Positions 49,746 to 61,194 are shown, counted from the first letter of the stretch. The stretch is DNA of 64,000 bases from Nitrospirota bacterium (GCA_963699545.1 CAVOUE010000003.1:544001-608000); one strand, 5' to 3'. Notes: generated from the letters alone by a model not told the origin. Translations and numbers: made by a program.

Positions 49746-50708
49746 CTATTTTCCCTTCTTCCCAAAGACCAGCACCGTATCATCCATCATGGCATCCCTG
49801 ATATCCGCGAGTCCGGCTTTGGAGAACCACTTCTTGATCTCAGATGAGGAATAGCACCTGCCCCTCGCCGTATTCACAAGCATATTTACGGAAAACAATG
49901 CACTCTGAACCGGATGCGCCCTGTCCTTTCCGAGATAAAATTCCTGAACTACGATCCTGCCGCCGACCTTCAGGGCATCCCTGGATTTCTCAACGACCCG
50001 CAGACCCTCCCTCTCGGAACAGGAATGGAGCACCTGACTGATAAAGACGAGGTCATACCCCCCACCTATGCCATCGTCAAGAAAATCTCCGGAAAGAAAG
50101 CCGATGTTCTTCCGCCCCGCCTCTTTGATGACCGACTTTGCCACATCTATCGTCTCCGGCCTGTCAAAGAGGGTGACCGAAACTCCCCTCTTCGCCATTT
50201 CCATCGCGTAGGTTCCGGGACCGCCACCAAGGTCCAGCGCATTCTTCACACCGCGCAGTCCTATAGCACTGATAACCTTCCCGGCTTTGAGGACGGCGAG
50301 GTTATGCATCCCTTTAATGAACGATGGGTGGTCATGGGCCACGTGATGAGGGCGCCCTGTTCTTACCACTTCGTCAAGGCCGGACCAGTTCTTCCAGAGA
50401 GTATCAGCGTGCCGCATGATATCGCCCTGGTAAAAGGGGCTCTTTTTGATCAGGAAGCGATGAGAGAGTGCGGTGTTCGTATACCCGGCCCGGGACTTCT
50501 TTACGAGATCGAGTCCCGTCAGGGCATCGAGGAGTATTTCCGTTGCCCGCCTGTCGGTTTTCAGGATATCTGAAAGTTTGTCAGCCGTTCTCGGGATTTC
50601 CAGATGTTCGAAGACCCGGTAGTTATTTGCGGTCAGTATCACCCTCGATGACCAGAAGCCGCCCCATAATCTCCTCAGCTCCTTTGCGCCATCGGGAATT
50701 CCCGTCAT
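49746..50708 (-). CDS. SAM-dependent O-methyltransferase with dimerisation domain
   Basis: LDLGGGPG, GDFL, SQVLH. Confidence 0.85.
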   Translation of the reverse strand: MTGIPDGAKELRRLWGGFWSSRVILTANNYRVFEHLEIPRTADKLSDILKTDRRATEILLDALTGLDLVKKSRAGYTNTALSHRFLIKKSPFYQGDIMRHADTLWKNWSGLDEVVRTGRPHHVAHDHPSFIKGMHNLAVLKAGKVISAIGLRGVKNALDLGGGPGTYAMEMAKRGVSVTLFDRPETIDVAKSVIKEAGRKNIGFLSGDFLDDGIGGGYDLVFISQVLHSCSEREGLRVVEKSRDALKVGGRIVVQEFYLGKDRAHPVQSALFSVNMLVNTARGRCYSSSEIKKWFSKAGLADIRDAMMDDTVLVFGKKGK

Positions 50709-50989
50709 TATTCAATCCCCATCTTTTTCAGCGCCTCATCTGCCGAGCTCTTTGGCGCCGGTGCATCCTCCAGCAGGTAGAACATCACCCCGCCCTTCAC
50801 CGGCCTGATAACGATCTTTCCCTCCTCGGCCAAACGGTTCGTCACCTCGACGGGATTCTCCCCGTCAAAATATTTCTTGAACGCCACATTAAACCCTGAA
50901 TACACGGAATGAATCCCCTTGTACCCTTCCTTCCTCAGGCTAACGATAGCCTTTTTCACAAACTCTTCGTGACTCATCTTCTCTGCCAT
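50708..50989 (-). CDS. Small hypothetical protein
   Basis: 93-aa ORF in the operon with RBS AGGAGG. Confidence 0.75.
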   Translation of the reverse strand: MAEKMSHEEFVKKAIVSLRKEGYKGIHSVYSGFNVAFKKYFDGENPVEVTNRLAEEGKIVIRPVKGGVMFYLLEDAPAPKSSADEALKKMGIE

Positions 50990-51012
50990 GTCCCCCTCCT
51001 GTAGTTTATTTT

Positions 51013-52359
51013 TTATGCTTCACGAGATTCCTCAGATAAGAGACTCAGATTCCTCGGTTTCTGATCCAGCTGTTCGAGGACCGGAATCTCCTCGGCGCCC
51101 GTCGCCCCGAGCTCCTTGAATTTCCTCATCGATGGCAATACCCTGGCTTCCACGGAGCCGATGATCCTGTTATATGCGTCCATGGATTTTCCGATGGCGG
51201 CCCCCAGTTCGTCGAAGTACTTTGCCAGCGTTCTCATCCTTTCATAGAGTTCCTTGCCGAGTGCGCTTATCTCCTGGGCATTCTTCGTAACCTGCTCCTG
51301 CCTCCAGCCATACGCGATGGCCCTGAGCAAGGCGATAAAAGTGGTAGGGGTGGCGATGATGACGCGCCTCTGTATCCCGTCCTCTATGAGGGTGGTGTCG
51401 GTTTCAAGGGCCGAACTCAAAAAAGATTCTCCGGGAATGAAGAGCACGACAAATTCGGGAGACTGCTTGAACTGGGCCCAGTAGTCCTTTGATGCGAGCT
51501 TGTTCATGTGGGTCCTCACCTGCTGTGCATGCCTGTCCATTTTCAGCTTTCTTTCATCTTCTGTGGAAGCCGCGATGGCATCGAGGTAAGCTTCGAGAGA
51601 TACCTTTGAATCCACAACGATCTCCCGTTCCATGGGGAGATGCACTACCATGTCCGGTCTGATCTTACCCTTTTCGGTATCCATGGACTGCTGTTCGCTG
51701 AAATCACAATGCATGGACATCCCGGAAAGCTCGGCGACCCTTCTCAACTGCATTTCGCCCCACCGACCGCGCACTTGCGGCTTCCTGAGCGCAGAGACAA
51801 GGTTGCTTGTTTCCTTCTGGAGATTTTCATGGGTCGATGCCAGCGCCCTCAGCTGTTCTTCAAGGCTTCCATATGCCTTGTGCCTGCCTTCCTCAATAGA
51901 CCGTATCTGTTCTTCATACCTTTTCAGTGTCTCATGCAAAGGCTTTATCATTCCATCCAGGGCGGCCTGGTGTTCCCCCAGTCTTCCCTTGGTGTCCGAT
52001 ACGACCTTGCCGAGGTGCTCGGAGGCAAGCCTGAGGAAATCCTCGCTGCTGCTCTTGAGAGCGGCTGAAGAGAGGGCATTGAAGGTGTCGGTCATCTCTT
52101 TCTTCATGGTATCAATGAGCGCTTTCTGTTCTTCGAGGCTCTTCTGGGATTCCCTGAGACTGGTGAGGGCCTCGGTCTTCAGTTGTCCTTCATTCTGGAG
52201 TTCTTTCCGCACCTGCTGCATCTCAGAGTCGTTCTGCTGGATCTGCTGTCTCAATAGGGTATTCACAGCTTCAGCACTTTTTGCTTTTGAACCCGCAAAA
52301 AGCCAGGCGATTATCCCGCCGATTATCAGTCCGACCAAACCGTATATCATTATCTCCAT
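51013..52359 (-). CDS. rmuC: DNA recombination protein RmuC
   Basis: TM + coiled coil; RGRWGEMQL, RPDMVV.LP, VDSK, ATPTT. Confidence 0.92.
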   Translation of the reverse strand: MEIMIYGLVGLIIGGIIAWLFAGSKAKSAEAVNTLLRQQIQQNDSEMQQVRKELQNEGQLKTEALTSLRESQKSLEEQKALIDTMKKEMTDTFNALSSAALKSSSEDFLRLASEHLGKVVSDTKGRLGEHQAALDGMIKPLHETLKRYEEQIRSIEEGRHKAYGSLEEQLRALASTHENLQKETSNLVSALRKPQVRGRWGEMQLRRVAELSGMSMHCDFSEQQSMDTEKGKIRPDMVVHLPMEREIVVDSKVSLEAYLDAIAASTEDERKLKMDRHAQQVRTHMNKLASKDYWAQFKQSPEFVVLFIPGESFLSSALETDTTLIEDGIQRRVIIATPTTFIALLRAIAYGWRQEQVTKNAQEISALGKELYERMRTLAKYFDELGAAIGKSMDAYNRIIGSVEARVLPSMRKFKELGATGAEEIPVLEQLDQKPRNLSLLSEESREA

Positions 52360-52374
52360 ATATGCACTCTGGAA

Positions 52375-52935
52375 CTATACTTTTTCATACACCCAAACCC
52401 TGCCGCCATTTTTTGTTTCATCCATTCTTTTTACCAGCCGCTTCTTATGCAGATTCAGCAATCGTGTTCCGCTGGTGTTCGCAGGGACTCTCAGCATATC
52501 AGAAAGCTGGCCCGCGGTGATCTTGCCTTTCTTGAGTATGAGATCGAGGGTTTTCTGGAGATAATTATTGAGACTTCCGATCAGCACCCTGCTCCCGTCC
52601 CTCATCTGCGCCATGACCGCGAGGTCCTTCCTTTCGAGGGCAACCTCTATATTCTCCTTCTGGCTTTCGTTGAGACCCGTCAAAACGATATATTTATCCC
52701 CATATTCTCCGCTCAGCAGCCGCGAAACCAGCTTTGCCACGATCTCGTCAGCGCAGGAATAGTCCACAATCCCTATCTTCGAGAAATCGAGGGCTATGAC
52801 CGAACCGTCCTTCTCTCCCGTAATATCTCTTTCAATCCGCTCCCTGATCGCCTGCCCCGACTGACGCGTCACCAGATCGTTTGAGCCGTTCTTCAGTTCT
52901 TCCTTGAGGAGCTTATCCAGGTTATACAGAGTCAT
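52375..52935 (-). CDS. STAS-like (DUF4325-like) + winged-HTH protein
   Basis: LDFSKIGIVDYSCADE; C-terminal HTH with wing. Confidence 0.6.
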   Translation of the reverse strand: MTLYNLDKLLKEELKNGSNDLVTRQSGQAIRERIERDITGEKDGSVIALDFSKIGIVDYSCADEIVAKLVSRLLSGEYGDKYIVLTGLNESQKENIEVALERKDLAVMAQMRDGSRVLIGSLNNYLQKTLDLILKKGKITAGQLSDMLRVPANTSGTRLLNLHKKRLVKRMDETKNGGRVWVYEKV

Positions 52936-53023
52936 GTGGACCTTTCAACTGGTTCAATTGAATCACAATAGAAGGACTTTGTCAAGAAGAAAGTGAGGGG
53001 CGGAGAAAGGGGAGATGAACCTT

Positions 53024-53866
53024 TCAGACTTCCGGCAGCAGGATGCTGATCTGTGCGCCGGGAAAAGGGGTAAGGTCCAGTTCTTTCTCTTTCCCCCGCG
53101 CCCATTTGGGGAGTATGGAGAGCTTTGCCGTCCCTGAACGAATAGAAAGTTTTCCGTTCCAGTGATGAACGAATTTCCTGACCGCAGCGAGTCCGTGTCC
53201 TCTTCCTTCATCCGCGAAACGGGAGGCGCCGTGGAGCAGGGCCTTTTCTATGGCATGGAGATCATTTCTCAGTAAGAACCTGTCCGAAAGCGAGTTCATG
53301 AAGCCGACGCCGGTGTCCATTACCGCGATCTTTACGACGTTCTTGTCCAGGTTCTGAAAATGATATTTCTGAATCCCCACAAATCCCTTGTTTGCGCTGT
53401 GTTCGACGATGTTCTGGCACACTTCCGAAAGAGCTACGATGAAGCCGTTTATCGCCCTCGCGGTATAATTGAGATGTTTTGCCAGTATCGCCTGGGCGCG
53501 TTCCTTGACCTTGCCCACAATAAAGTGTATGTCATCCGATTTCTCTGCGGGAGTAATTTCAAGGAGGACATCGGAAGAAGAATTTCTTGGGTATTTCCCT
53601 GCTATCTCCGGCTTGGCCGGCTCAAGAGTGAAGTAATTTCCGGCAAAACTGAAGAAATCCATTCTTTCGAGATATCTGAGGACTTCCTCTGATCCGGGGA
53701 GGCAAAGGGTTTTTTGAAGTCCTGCATTCTTGAACACTTCTCCCATCTCAAGAATGCCGACCATGCCGTATGGATCAATAAAGGTGGCGTCCCGGAGGTC
53801 CAGAACTGAAGACCCCATGAAAAGGGCCAGGACAGTATCAAAGGTCTCCTCCGTAATCTGTGTCAT
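53024..53866 (-). CDS. STAS-like + HATPase protein (anti-sigma kinase-like)
   Basis: SEVCQNIVEHS, DTGVG, GRGHGL. Confidence 0.7.
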   Translation of the reverse strand: MTQITEETFDTVLALFMGSSVLDLRDATFIDPYGMVGILEMGEVFKNAGLQKTLCLPGSEEVLRYLERMDFFSFAGNYFTLEPAKPEIAGKYPRNSSSDVLLEITPAEKSDDIHFIVGKVKERAQAILAKHLNYTARAINGFIVALSEVCQNIVEHSANKGFVGIQKYHFQNLDKNVVKIAVMDTGVGFMNSLSDRFLLRNDLHAIEKALLHGASRFADEGRGHGLAAVRKFVHHWNGKLSIRSGTAKLSILPKWARGKEKELDLTPFPGAQISILLPEV

Positions 53867-53869
53867 CTC

Positions 53870-54247
53870 TTATGCTTCGCTTTCGGCGATCTCGGTGCGG
53901 ACCAGTGCGAGTATGGCTGAATGCGGCACGATGAGATACTTCTTCCCTTCAAATTCTATCTCGACCGCCGCTTCCCTGAGGAAGATCGCATAATCCCCCT
54001 CAGCGGCCTGCAGGGGCACATAGCGCAAATCGGTCCTCTTGTTTGATGACCACGGCTCCTCAACGACTGCTCCGGGGTCGTGAACAGGATATCCCGGACC
54101 GACTTTTGCGATGTGCCCTCCCAGCACCTTCTCCTTTTCCTTAACAGTAGGGGGGAGGTAGAGACCTGAAGTGGTCTTGTCCATCCTCTCATCGGGATCG
54201 ATAAGGACCCTGTCACCTACAACGATAATGTTCTTCTTTGCTTTCAT
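53870..54247 (-). CDS. GroES-family co-chaperonin paralogue
   Basis: GDRVLI...TTSGLYLP...KVGPG...GD; no adjacent groEL. Confidence 0.8.
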   Translation of the reverse strand: MKAKKNIIVVGDRVLIDPDERMDKTTSGLYLPPTVKEKEKVLGGHIAKVGPGYPVHDPGAVVEEPWSSNKRTDLRYVPLQAAEGDYAIFLREAAVEIEFEGKKYLIVPHSAILALVRTEIAESEA

Positions 54248-54254
54248 GATGGTG

Positions 54255-54659
54255 TTAAGAGAGACGTTCCCTTAAGGTCCGGTAGAGGTCATTGCCCTCG
54301 CAAGCCCACCTCCAGGAGCATGTGGCGCAAAAGGTCCGGTGCCATGCCGGGAATATCTCGCCGATTTTTTCCTCTATCTCTGCCCATCCGATCTTCGCTC
54401 TCCGGGAAAGCTTAAGCAGGTCCAGGGCCATTCTGTCCATCTCTCCGATCCCCCTGTCGGCATCTTCGCTGAACTGACATCTGGCATTGTTCAGGTGGGG
54501 ACACTGAGCGCAGACGTCATCAGCCCCGTGATGCACCTCAATGCCCATGTCCTGTGCGGTCCTGACAACACGCGCAAGGTTCTTGACGAACTCCTCGCTG
54601 TAGCCTTCTCCCCTGAAGAAGTGCAGGCATACAAGATGATGTCCTCTCAGCTTCGGCAA
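54255..54659 (-). CDS. DUF1284-family protein
   Basis: LRGHHLVCL..FRGEGYS..F..N; DDVCAQCP. Confidence 0.8.
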   Translation of the reverse strand: MPKLRGHHLVCLHFFRGEGYSEEFVKNLARVVRTAQDMGIEVHHGADDVCAQCPHLNNARCQFSEDADRGIGEMDRMALDLLKLSRRAKIGWAEIEEKIGEIFPAWHRTFCATCSWRWACEGNDLYRTLRERLS

Positions 54660-54765
54660 TGAATACGCTATGACAAAACCTCCGGTCTCAGTTGTCCGTA
54701 ACCGACTGTTTATTATATAATACTTTTAACTGCGGAGAAAAGATTGATGTATCAGGGAGAACCCT

Positions 54766-56030
54766 ATGCACTTTTTTAGATACAGAAACGGTGAGTTATA
54801 TGCTGAAGACGTTCCCGGTGAGAAGGATCGCGGAGGCATACGGAACGCCGCTCTATATCTACAGTTACAGCACCCTTCTTCGCCACTTCAAGGCATATGA
54901 CGATGCCTTTGACGGCGTACCGCATATTATTTGTTTCGCCCTGAAGGCAAATTCCAATACCGCCGTACTCGAGATTGCTGTGCGAAAAGCGGCGGAGGCG
55001 CCGATGTGGTGTCGGGAGGAGAAGTTATTCAGGGCGCTGAAGGCGGCAGTATCCTCCCGTAAGATCGTCTATGCGGGCGTCGGCAAGACAGAAGACGAGA
55101 TACGCTATGCCCTGAAATCGAAGATACTGATGTTCAATGTCGAGTCTGAAAGCGAGCTTATGGAGATCGACAGGATCGCTGGTATCATGAAGGTGAAGGC
55201 ACCCATCTCCCTCAGGGTTAACCCGGATATCGATCCCGGAGACGCATCCCTATATCTCCACCGGTCTCAGGGAACACAAATTCGGCATCCCCATAGGGGA
55301 GGCCTTCGAGTATTACAGAATCGCAGAACGGCTGAAGAACACGGAGATCATGGGTATTCATAAGCATATCGGTTCCCAGATTACCAAGGTATCTCCGTTC
55401 GTGGACGCCCTGAAAAAGACCCTTCTCCTTGTGGATGAACTGAAGGAACACGGCGTGGTCATCCGCTATTTTGATATTGGCGGCGGTCTCGGCATTACCT
55501 ACAAGGACGAAGAGCCCCCGGTTCCCCGGGACCCTTGCGAAGGAATCTCCTGCCCGCTGCTCAGGGGAAGGCGGCTCACGATCATTATGGAGCCCGGCAG
55601 GTCCATCGTGGGCAATGCAGGAGTTCTGGTCACGAAAGTGCTCTATCTGAAGAAAGGGGCGGAAAAGGATTTTGTGATCGTGGACGCAGGGATGAATGAT
55701 CTCATACGACCCTCATTTTACGATGCGTATCATCAGGTACAGCCGGTGAAGAAGAAGCAGGAGAAAGAACATCCTTGCTGATATGGTCGGTCCCATATGC
55801 GAGTCAGGGGATTTTCTCGCAAAGGAGAGGGAGATGCCGGACGTAAAGCCCGGGGAATACCTTGCGGTGATGTCGGCGGGGGCATATGCATTTACCATGA
55901 GTTCAAATTATAACAGCAGACCACGGGCTGCAGAGGTGATGGTGAAGGGTAAGGGACTTTGCCTTGGTGAACAAAAGGGAGAACATACAGGGACCTTGTA
56001 AAGGGCGAGGAAATTCCTGATTTTGTTTGA
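54766..56030 (+). CDS. lysA: Diaminopimelate decarboxylase (multiple apparent frameshifts)
   Basis: [42 protein letters not shown] and MSSNYNSRP spread over several frames. Confidence 0.88.
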
Positions 56031-56124
56031 AGCGGGGTGTGTCATGTATCCGCAACCCTCAGGGTGTGCGAATGTACTATTCACTGCATGCAGGCCTAAG
56101 CCACCACGGTAGAGAATGAAGAGT

Positions 56125-57046
56125 ATGGAACTGAAATTTACCAAAATGCACGGTCTGGGGAATGATTTTGTCCTCATAGATTGCAGAGGCTTCGAGCCTC
56201 CGGCCCTCTCCGTTCTTGCGCGGAAACTCTGTCACAGAAGGTTCGGCATCGGCGCCGACCAGCTTCTGCTCCTGTATCCCTCCGAGGGCGCCGATTTCAT
56301 GATGCGCATTTTCAATGCGGACGGCAGTGAGGTCGAGATGTGCGGCAACGGTATACGGTGTTTTGCCAAATATATCTGGGACAGGGGATTGTCAGGTAAA
56401 GGGGTGCTGAGGGTCGAAACCATGGGAGGCATTATAAGAGCGGAAAAGGCCGATGGTCTTGTCAGGGTGGACATGGGTGAGCCGATTTTCGAGCCGGGGG
56501 AAATACCGGTAAGGATAGTTCCAGGTTCCTCCGCCGTGGACCAGGTTCCCCGCTCGGACAAGTACCATTCAGCGGCCGACACCAGGCACTCAAAACCTGT
56601 GGTCGATTACCCCGTGCGGATTGATGATAAGGAATTCACAATGACCTGTGTCTCGATGGGGAATCCCCACGCAGTGGTCATTGTTGACAACGTGTCGGAA
56701 TTCCCGGTAGCATACTACGGCCCGATGATAGAGAATCATGCGCTCTTCCCGAAGAGAACGAATGTGGAGTTCGTTGAAGTCCTGGATCGCTCTGAAATAA
56801 GGATGCGGGTTTGGGAGAGGGGGACAGGGGAGACCATGGCCTGCGGAACCGGGGCGTCTGCCGCTGCGGTGGCTGCCCATCTGAAGGGACTTACGGGCCG
56901 GTCTGTTACCGTGCATCTGAACGGAGGGGATTTATCGATCGAGTGGGCCGCAGACAACCGTGTTTATATGGCAGGGCCCGCGGTGGAAGTATTTCAGGGG
57001 GGAGATAGAGTATATTCAGAATGGGACGGGGATCAGGTCTTTGTGA
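56125..57046 (+). CDS. dapF: Diaminopimelate epimerase (likely frameshift in G-run near 57000)
   Basis: KMHGLGNDF, EMCGNG, SMGNPH, ERGTGETMACGTG. Confidence 0.92.
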
Positions 57047-57098
57047 GACGGAAAGAGTGTTTGGTTGAGGCGGTGAGAAGCCCCCTAAGGAGGTTGGC

Positions 57099-57976
57099 AT
57101 GTTCAGTGGCTCGGAATCGTCGCAATCGTTACGCCGTTTAAGAGCGGGAAGGTGGATGAAAAGGCACTGCGTGGGCTGGTGGAATGGCATATATCCAGCG
57201 GTACCAATGCCATAGTTCCCTGCGGTACCACGGGAGAGTCTGCAACCCTTGAGTATGAAGAACACTACAGGGTCATCGAGATAGTGATCAAGGCGGTGAA
57301 TAAGCGGGTTCCTGTTATCGCGGGGACAGGCGCCAACTCCACCGATGAGACGATAATGATTACCAAAATGGCGAAGAAGCTCGGGGCGGATGGTGCGCTC
57401 CTCGTAGCCCCTTACTATAACAAGCCGACCCAGGAAGGTCTCTACCGGCACTACAAGGCGGTGGCAGAGGCTGTAAAGCTTCCCATTGTCCTGTACAATG
57501 TGCCGGGAAGGACAGCGGTGAATATCCTCCCTCCCACGGTGGCGAGGCTTGCCGGGATAAAAAATATCGTTGCCATTAAAGAGGCAACGGGTGACATGAA
57601 ACAGGTGAGCGAGGTCATCAGGTTATGCGGAGACAGGATAGCGATTATTTCAGGGGACGACTTCACCACGCTCCCCCTTCTTGCCCTGGGAGGAAAAGGC
57701 GTGATATCGGTCACCGCGAACATCGCGCCCCGGGAGGTCTCTGACATGTGCAGGCTCTGGAAGGAAGGGAAATATGAAAAGGCGAGGGCACTTCATTACA
57801 GGCTGGAGCCCCTGAATCAGGCCATGTTCATAGAGACAAACCCCATACCAGCCAAAACGGCACTGGCTTTGATGGGAAGGGTACGGGAGGAATTCCGGCT
57901 CCCTCTGTGCGAGATGTCCGGGGTGAACAAGGAGAAGCTCAGGAAGACCATAAAGGATTACGGGCTGATAGAATAA
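57099..57976 (+). CDS. dapA: 4-hydroxy-tetrahydrodipicolinate synthase (frameshift near 57114)
   Basis: MFSGS..AIVTPF, GTTGES, YNVPGRT, IKEATG, ETNPIP. Confidence 0.93.
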
Positions 57977-57990
57977 AAAGATCGTTTTTG

Positions 57991-58019
57991 AGGCCCTCCC
58001 CATAAGGAGGGCCTTTTTT
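57991..58019 (+). terminator. Rho-independent terminator between convergent dapA and nth
   Basis: AGGCCCTCC-ccataa-GGAGGGCCT-TTTTT. Confidence 0.75.
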
Positions 58020-58020
58020 A

Positions 58021-58677
58021 TTATCGGCTGCTGCCAACCCCCATTCTGGGACAGTGCATCTCGATAGCGCACTGGCTGCATACGGGAGATATAGGCCTGC
58101 AGACGCCCTGTCCAAAAGCAACGAGCAGGCCATTGATCTCCCTCCAATACTTGCCGGGTAGCTTCTTCCTCAAAGCAAACTCGGTTTCCTCTGGAGTCCT
58201 CGTCTTGACGTATCCCCACCTGTTGGTGATCCGGTGAACGTGGGTATCCACGCAGATGCCCTGCTTATTGTATCCCAGGGTGACCACGAGGTTGGCGGTC
58301 TTTCTCCCTACCCCTTTGAGCTTCAACAGCTCTTCGATCTCATCGGGCACTTTCGAATGATACTTTTCCGCAATCTCCCGGCTCATGCCCTTGATCCTGT
58401 TCGCCTTGACCCTGTAAAAACCCACCGGGTAGATCGCTTTTTCTATCTCCCGTACGGACAGCATCGCCATTTTTTTCGGCGTTGACGCCAGGGAGAAGAG
58501 TCTCTCAGATGCCTCGCCTGTTGTTTGATCCTGTGTTCTCAAGCTCAGGATGCAGGAGATGAGTATCGTGTAAGGGTCTCTTTCGCGGGAAACCATCTTC
58601 TCCAGCCAGGGCAGATGAAGGGTTCTCACCTGGCGCTTCAGGAGTGGCCAAATTGTATGGATGTCGAATTCTTGCAT
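58021..58677 (-). CDS. nth: Endonuclease III
   Basis: LKGVGRKTA HhH, VDTHVHR, C-x6-C-x2-C-x5-C Fe-S motif. Confidence 0.92.
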   Translation of the reverse strand: MQEFDIHTIWPLLKRQVRTLHLPWLEKMVSRERDPYTILISCILSLRTQDQTTGEASERLFSLASTPKKMAMLSVREIEKAIYPVGFYRVKANRIKGMSREIAEKYHSKVPDEIEELLKLKGVGRKTANLVVTLGYNKQGICVDTHVHRITNRWGYVKTRTPEETEFALRKKLPGKYWREINGLLVAFGQGVCRPISPVCSQCAIEMHCPRMGVGSSR

Positions 58678-58803
58678 GTATGAAGTATATCAAATCATAC
58701 AATCCGAGCATTGGGGGAGCCGCTTAAACCGCATCATCCGCCATGCCTGCTCATCGCTGAGGGTAGTGTATAATGAAAGGGGATTTGCTGCAAAAACTGA
58801 ACT

Positions 58804-59601
58804 ATGCGATACAAGAAGATAACGAGCACTTCAAACCCTCTGGTCAGAGAGATAGTGAAGGAGAAGAAAGAGAGAACAGGCGACATTTTGATCGTCGAAG
58901 GACGCCGTCTCATCGAGATGGCCTTGACCTCAGGCGCCGGCATGGGGAAGGTCTTCTTCACCGAAGCCTTTCAATCGAAGAACGAGGCGTTTCTCATGAA
59001 GCTCTCGAAGAAATCACCAGAACTCATAGAGACTTCAGATCATGTCCTTTCGAAACTTGCCGATACAGAAACACCCCAGGGCATTGTGGCCGAGGTGTTC
59101 CATAAAAGCCGCAGGCTCCAGGAATTACCTTTACAGGAGAGTCCCCTCATCGTTGTCTGTGACGGTGTCAGGGATCCCGGCAATCTGGGTGCCATCATCA
59201 GGACCGCGGATGCTGCAGGCGCTGATGCTGTGCTCCTCCTTCCTGGAACATGCGACCCTTTTTTGCCGAAGGGAATACGGGCCACCGCAGGAAGTATCTT
59301 CAATCTCCCTGTGCTTTTTTCAGAGCCGGCGGCGCTGGTGGAATGGCTCAGAAGAAGATCCATCGGCCTTGTGGTAAGCGATGTGAATGCAGCTGTCGGC
59401 ATTTTTGATGCAGACATGAAAGAACCCCTGGCCTTTGTCTTCGGGAATGAGGCAGCCGGAGTGAGCGAATATCTTAAGGACGAGAGCGGGATGAGTGTGA
59501 GGATTCCGATGCCGGGCAAGGCGGAAAGTCTCAATGTGGCGGCATCCGCTGCGATCTGCCTCTACGAAGCGGTCAGGCAGAGGAGAGGGGAGCCCCGGTG
59601 A
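58804..59601 (+). CDS. TrmH/SpoU-family RNA methyltransferase
   Basis: DPGNLGAIIRT, FGNEAAG, ESLNVA. Confidence 0.92.
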   Translation: MRYKKITSTSNPLVREIVKEKKERTGDILIVEGRRLIEMALTSGAGMGKVFFTEAFQSKNEAFLMKLSKKSPELIETSDHVLSKLADTETPQGIVAEVFHKSRRLQELPLQESPLIVVCDGVRDPGNLGAIIRTADAAGADAVLLLPGTCDPFLPKGIRATAGSIFNLPVLFSEPAALVEWLRRRSIGLVVSDVNAAVGIFDADMKEPLAFVFGNEAAGVSEYLKDESGMSVRIPMPGKAESLNVAASAAICLYEAVRQRRGEPR

Positions 59602-59668
59602 ACCGGTTGAGGGAGATTTCCCATTATGCTACTGGATGATTCCATCCTAATCTGATATCCTTCCCTGC

Positions 59669-60940
59669 ATGGCGTCACCACAAACCGCATACCGCAATCC
59701 ATGGCTCTTCGTTCCGACGCTCTACTTCGGTGAGGGCCTGCCATACGTCCTCATCAACACGGTTTCGGTCATTCTCTACAAGAAGATGGGCGTGGACAAC
59801 GCGGACATCGCCTTCTGGACTAGCTGGCTCTACCTGCCCTGGGTCTTAAAGATGTTCTGGGCGCCGGTCCTGGATCTCACATGGAGCAAGCGCACCTGGG
59901 TGCTTGCGGCCCAGGGGGCCATGGCATTGAACATTGGCTTCATTGCCTACGCCGTCGGCAGGCCGGACTTCTTTTTCCCCTCCCTCGGAGCATTCATGGT
60001 CGGCGCGTTCATCTCTGCGACCTATGATACCGCCACCGATGGGTACTATATGTTGGCCCTTACGGAGAAAGAGCAAGCCTTTTTCGCCGGGCTTCGGTCA
60101 GGGTTTTATCGATTGGCGATGATTTTCGGATCGGGGTTCCTGGTCTATTTCGCAGGAAGTGTCGAGACAGCAACGGGAAGTATCACGAGCGGCTGGGGAG
60201 CGGTCCTGGGTATGAGTAGCGGGATCTTTATGGTCGCCTGGCTCTATCATTCTGCAGTTCTTCCCTACCCGACGACTGACCGTTGCCGCGTGGCCAACGG
60301 TGCCATCCAAAGACCAAGGTTCAAAGAGGTCTTCTCCGCCTATTTTCGGCAGGAAAAAATAGGAGTGCTCGTCGCCTTTATCCTCTTCTATCGTTTAGGC
60401 GAGGCCATGCTGCTCAAGCTGGTCACACCGTTCTTGCTGGATGGTCGAACTCATGGAGGGCTTGGGCTTTCCACATCCGAGGTCGGCCTGGTCTATGGTA
60501 CGGTGGGCATTGCTGCGCTGGTGCTGGGCGGAGTACTCGGAGGATGGCTTATATCCCGGTACGGGCTCCGCCGCTGTATCTGGCCGCTCGTGATCACCAT
60601 GCACCTGCCGGACTTGTTCTTCGTGTACATGGCATGGGAACAGCCCTCCCTGGCGATGGTCTATCCGCTGGTGGCGCTGGAGCAGTTCGGTTACGGCATG
60701 GGATTCATGGTCTTTACGGTCTATCTCATGTACTCTGCCGAAGGCAGCTACAAGACCTCCCACTATGCCATCTCCACGGGTATCATGGCTATCGGCATGA
60801 TGCTGCCGGGGTTCATCTCCGGCTGGGTCCAGCAAGAACTGGGCTATCCCCTTTTCTTCGTCATTGTCTGTCTTCTCACCATCCCCGGGATGCTGACCAT
60901 CCCGTTCCTTCCAAATAAGGAAAAAGCCTCTGCAAAGTGA
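59669..60940 (+). CDS. ampG: AmpG-like MFS permease
   Basis: PWLFVPTLYFGEGLP, SATYDTATDG; about 12 TMs. Confidence 0.8.
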   Translation: MASPQTAYRNPWLFVPTLYFGEGLPYVLINTVSVILYKKMGVDNADIAFWTSWLYLPWVLKMFWAPVLDLTWSKRTWVLAAQGAMALNIGFIAYAVGRPDFFFPSLGAFMVGAFISATYDTATDGYYMLALTEKEQAFFAGLRSGFYRLAMIFGSGFLVYFAGSVETATGSITSGWGAVLGMSSGIFMVAWLYHSAVLPYPTTDRCRVANGAIQRPRFKEVFSAYFRQEKIGVLVAFILFYRLGEAMLLKLVTPFLLDGRTHGGLGLSTSEVGLVYGTVGIAALVLGGVLGGWLISRYGLRRCIWPLVITMHLPDLFFVYMAWEQPSLAMVYPLVALEQFGYGMGFMVFTVYLMYSAEGSYKTSHYAISTGIMAIGMMLPGFISGWVQQELGYPLFFVIVCLLTIPGMLTIPFLPNKEKASAK

Positions 60941-61194
60941 GCACCCGGCTTCAGGTGCGAGTCGACGCAGAAGACTGAAGAATTTGATCGGTAATTGCCG
61001 GAAGAAGCTTTCCTTGCCTTAGCTGTTGTGGTTACCTTATGGCCTGGCAGACAATATCAATTGGCCCTAAACACAGGAGTACACCGACTGCCTGATAGAT
61101 ATTGCTAATCGAAACTCATGTTGACTTTCAGAAGAAATCCGCACAAAAAAAGGCGAGATATTTACCTCGCCCTTTATGCGTTTTTTATAATCTC

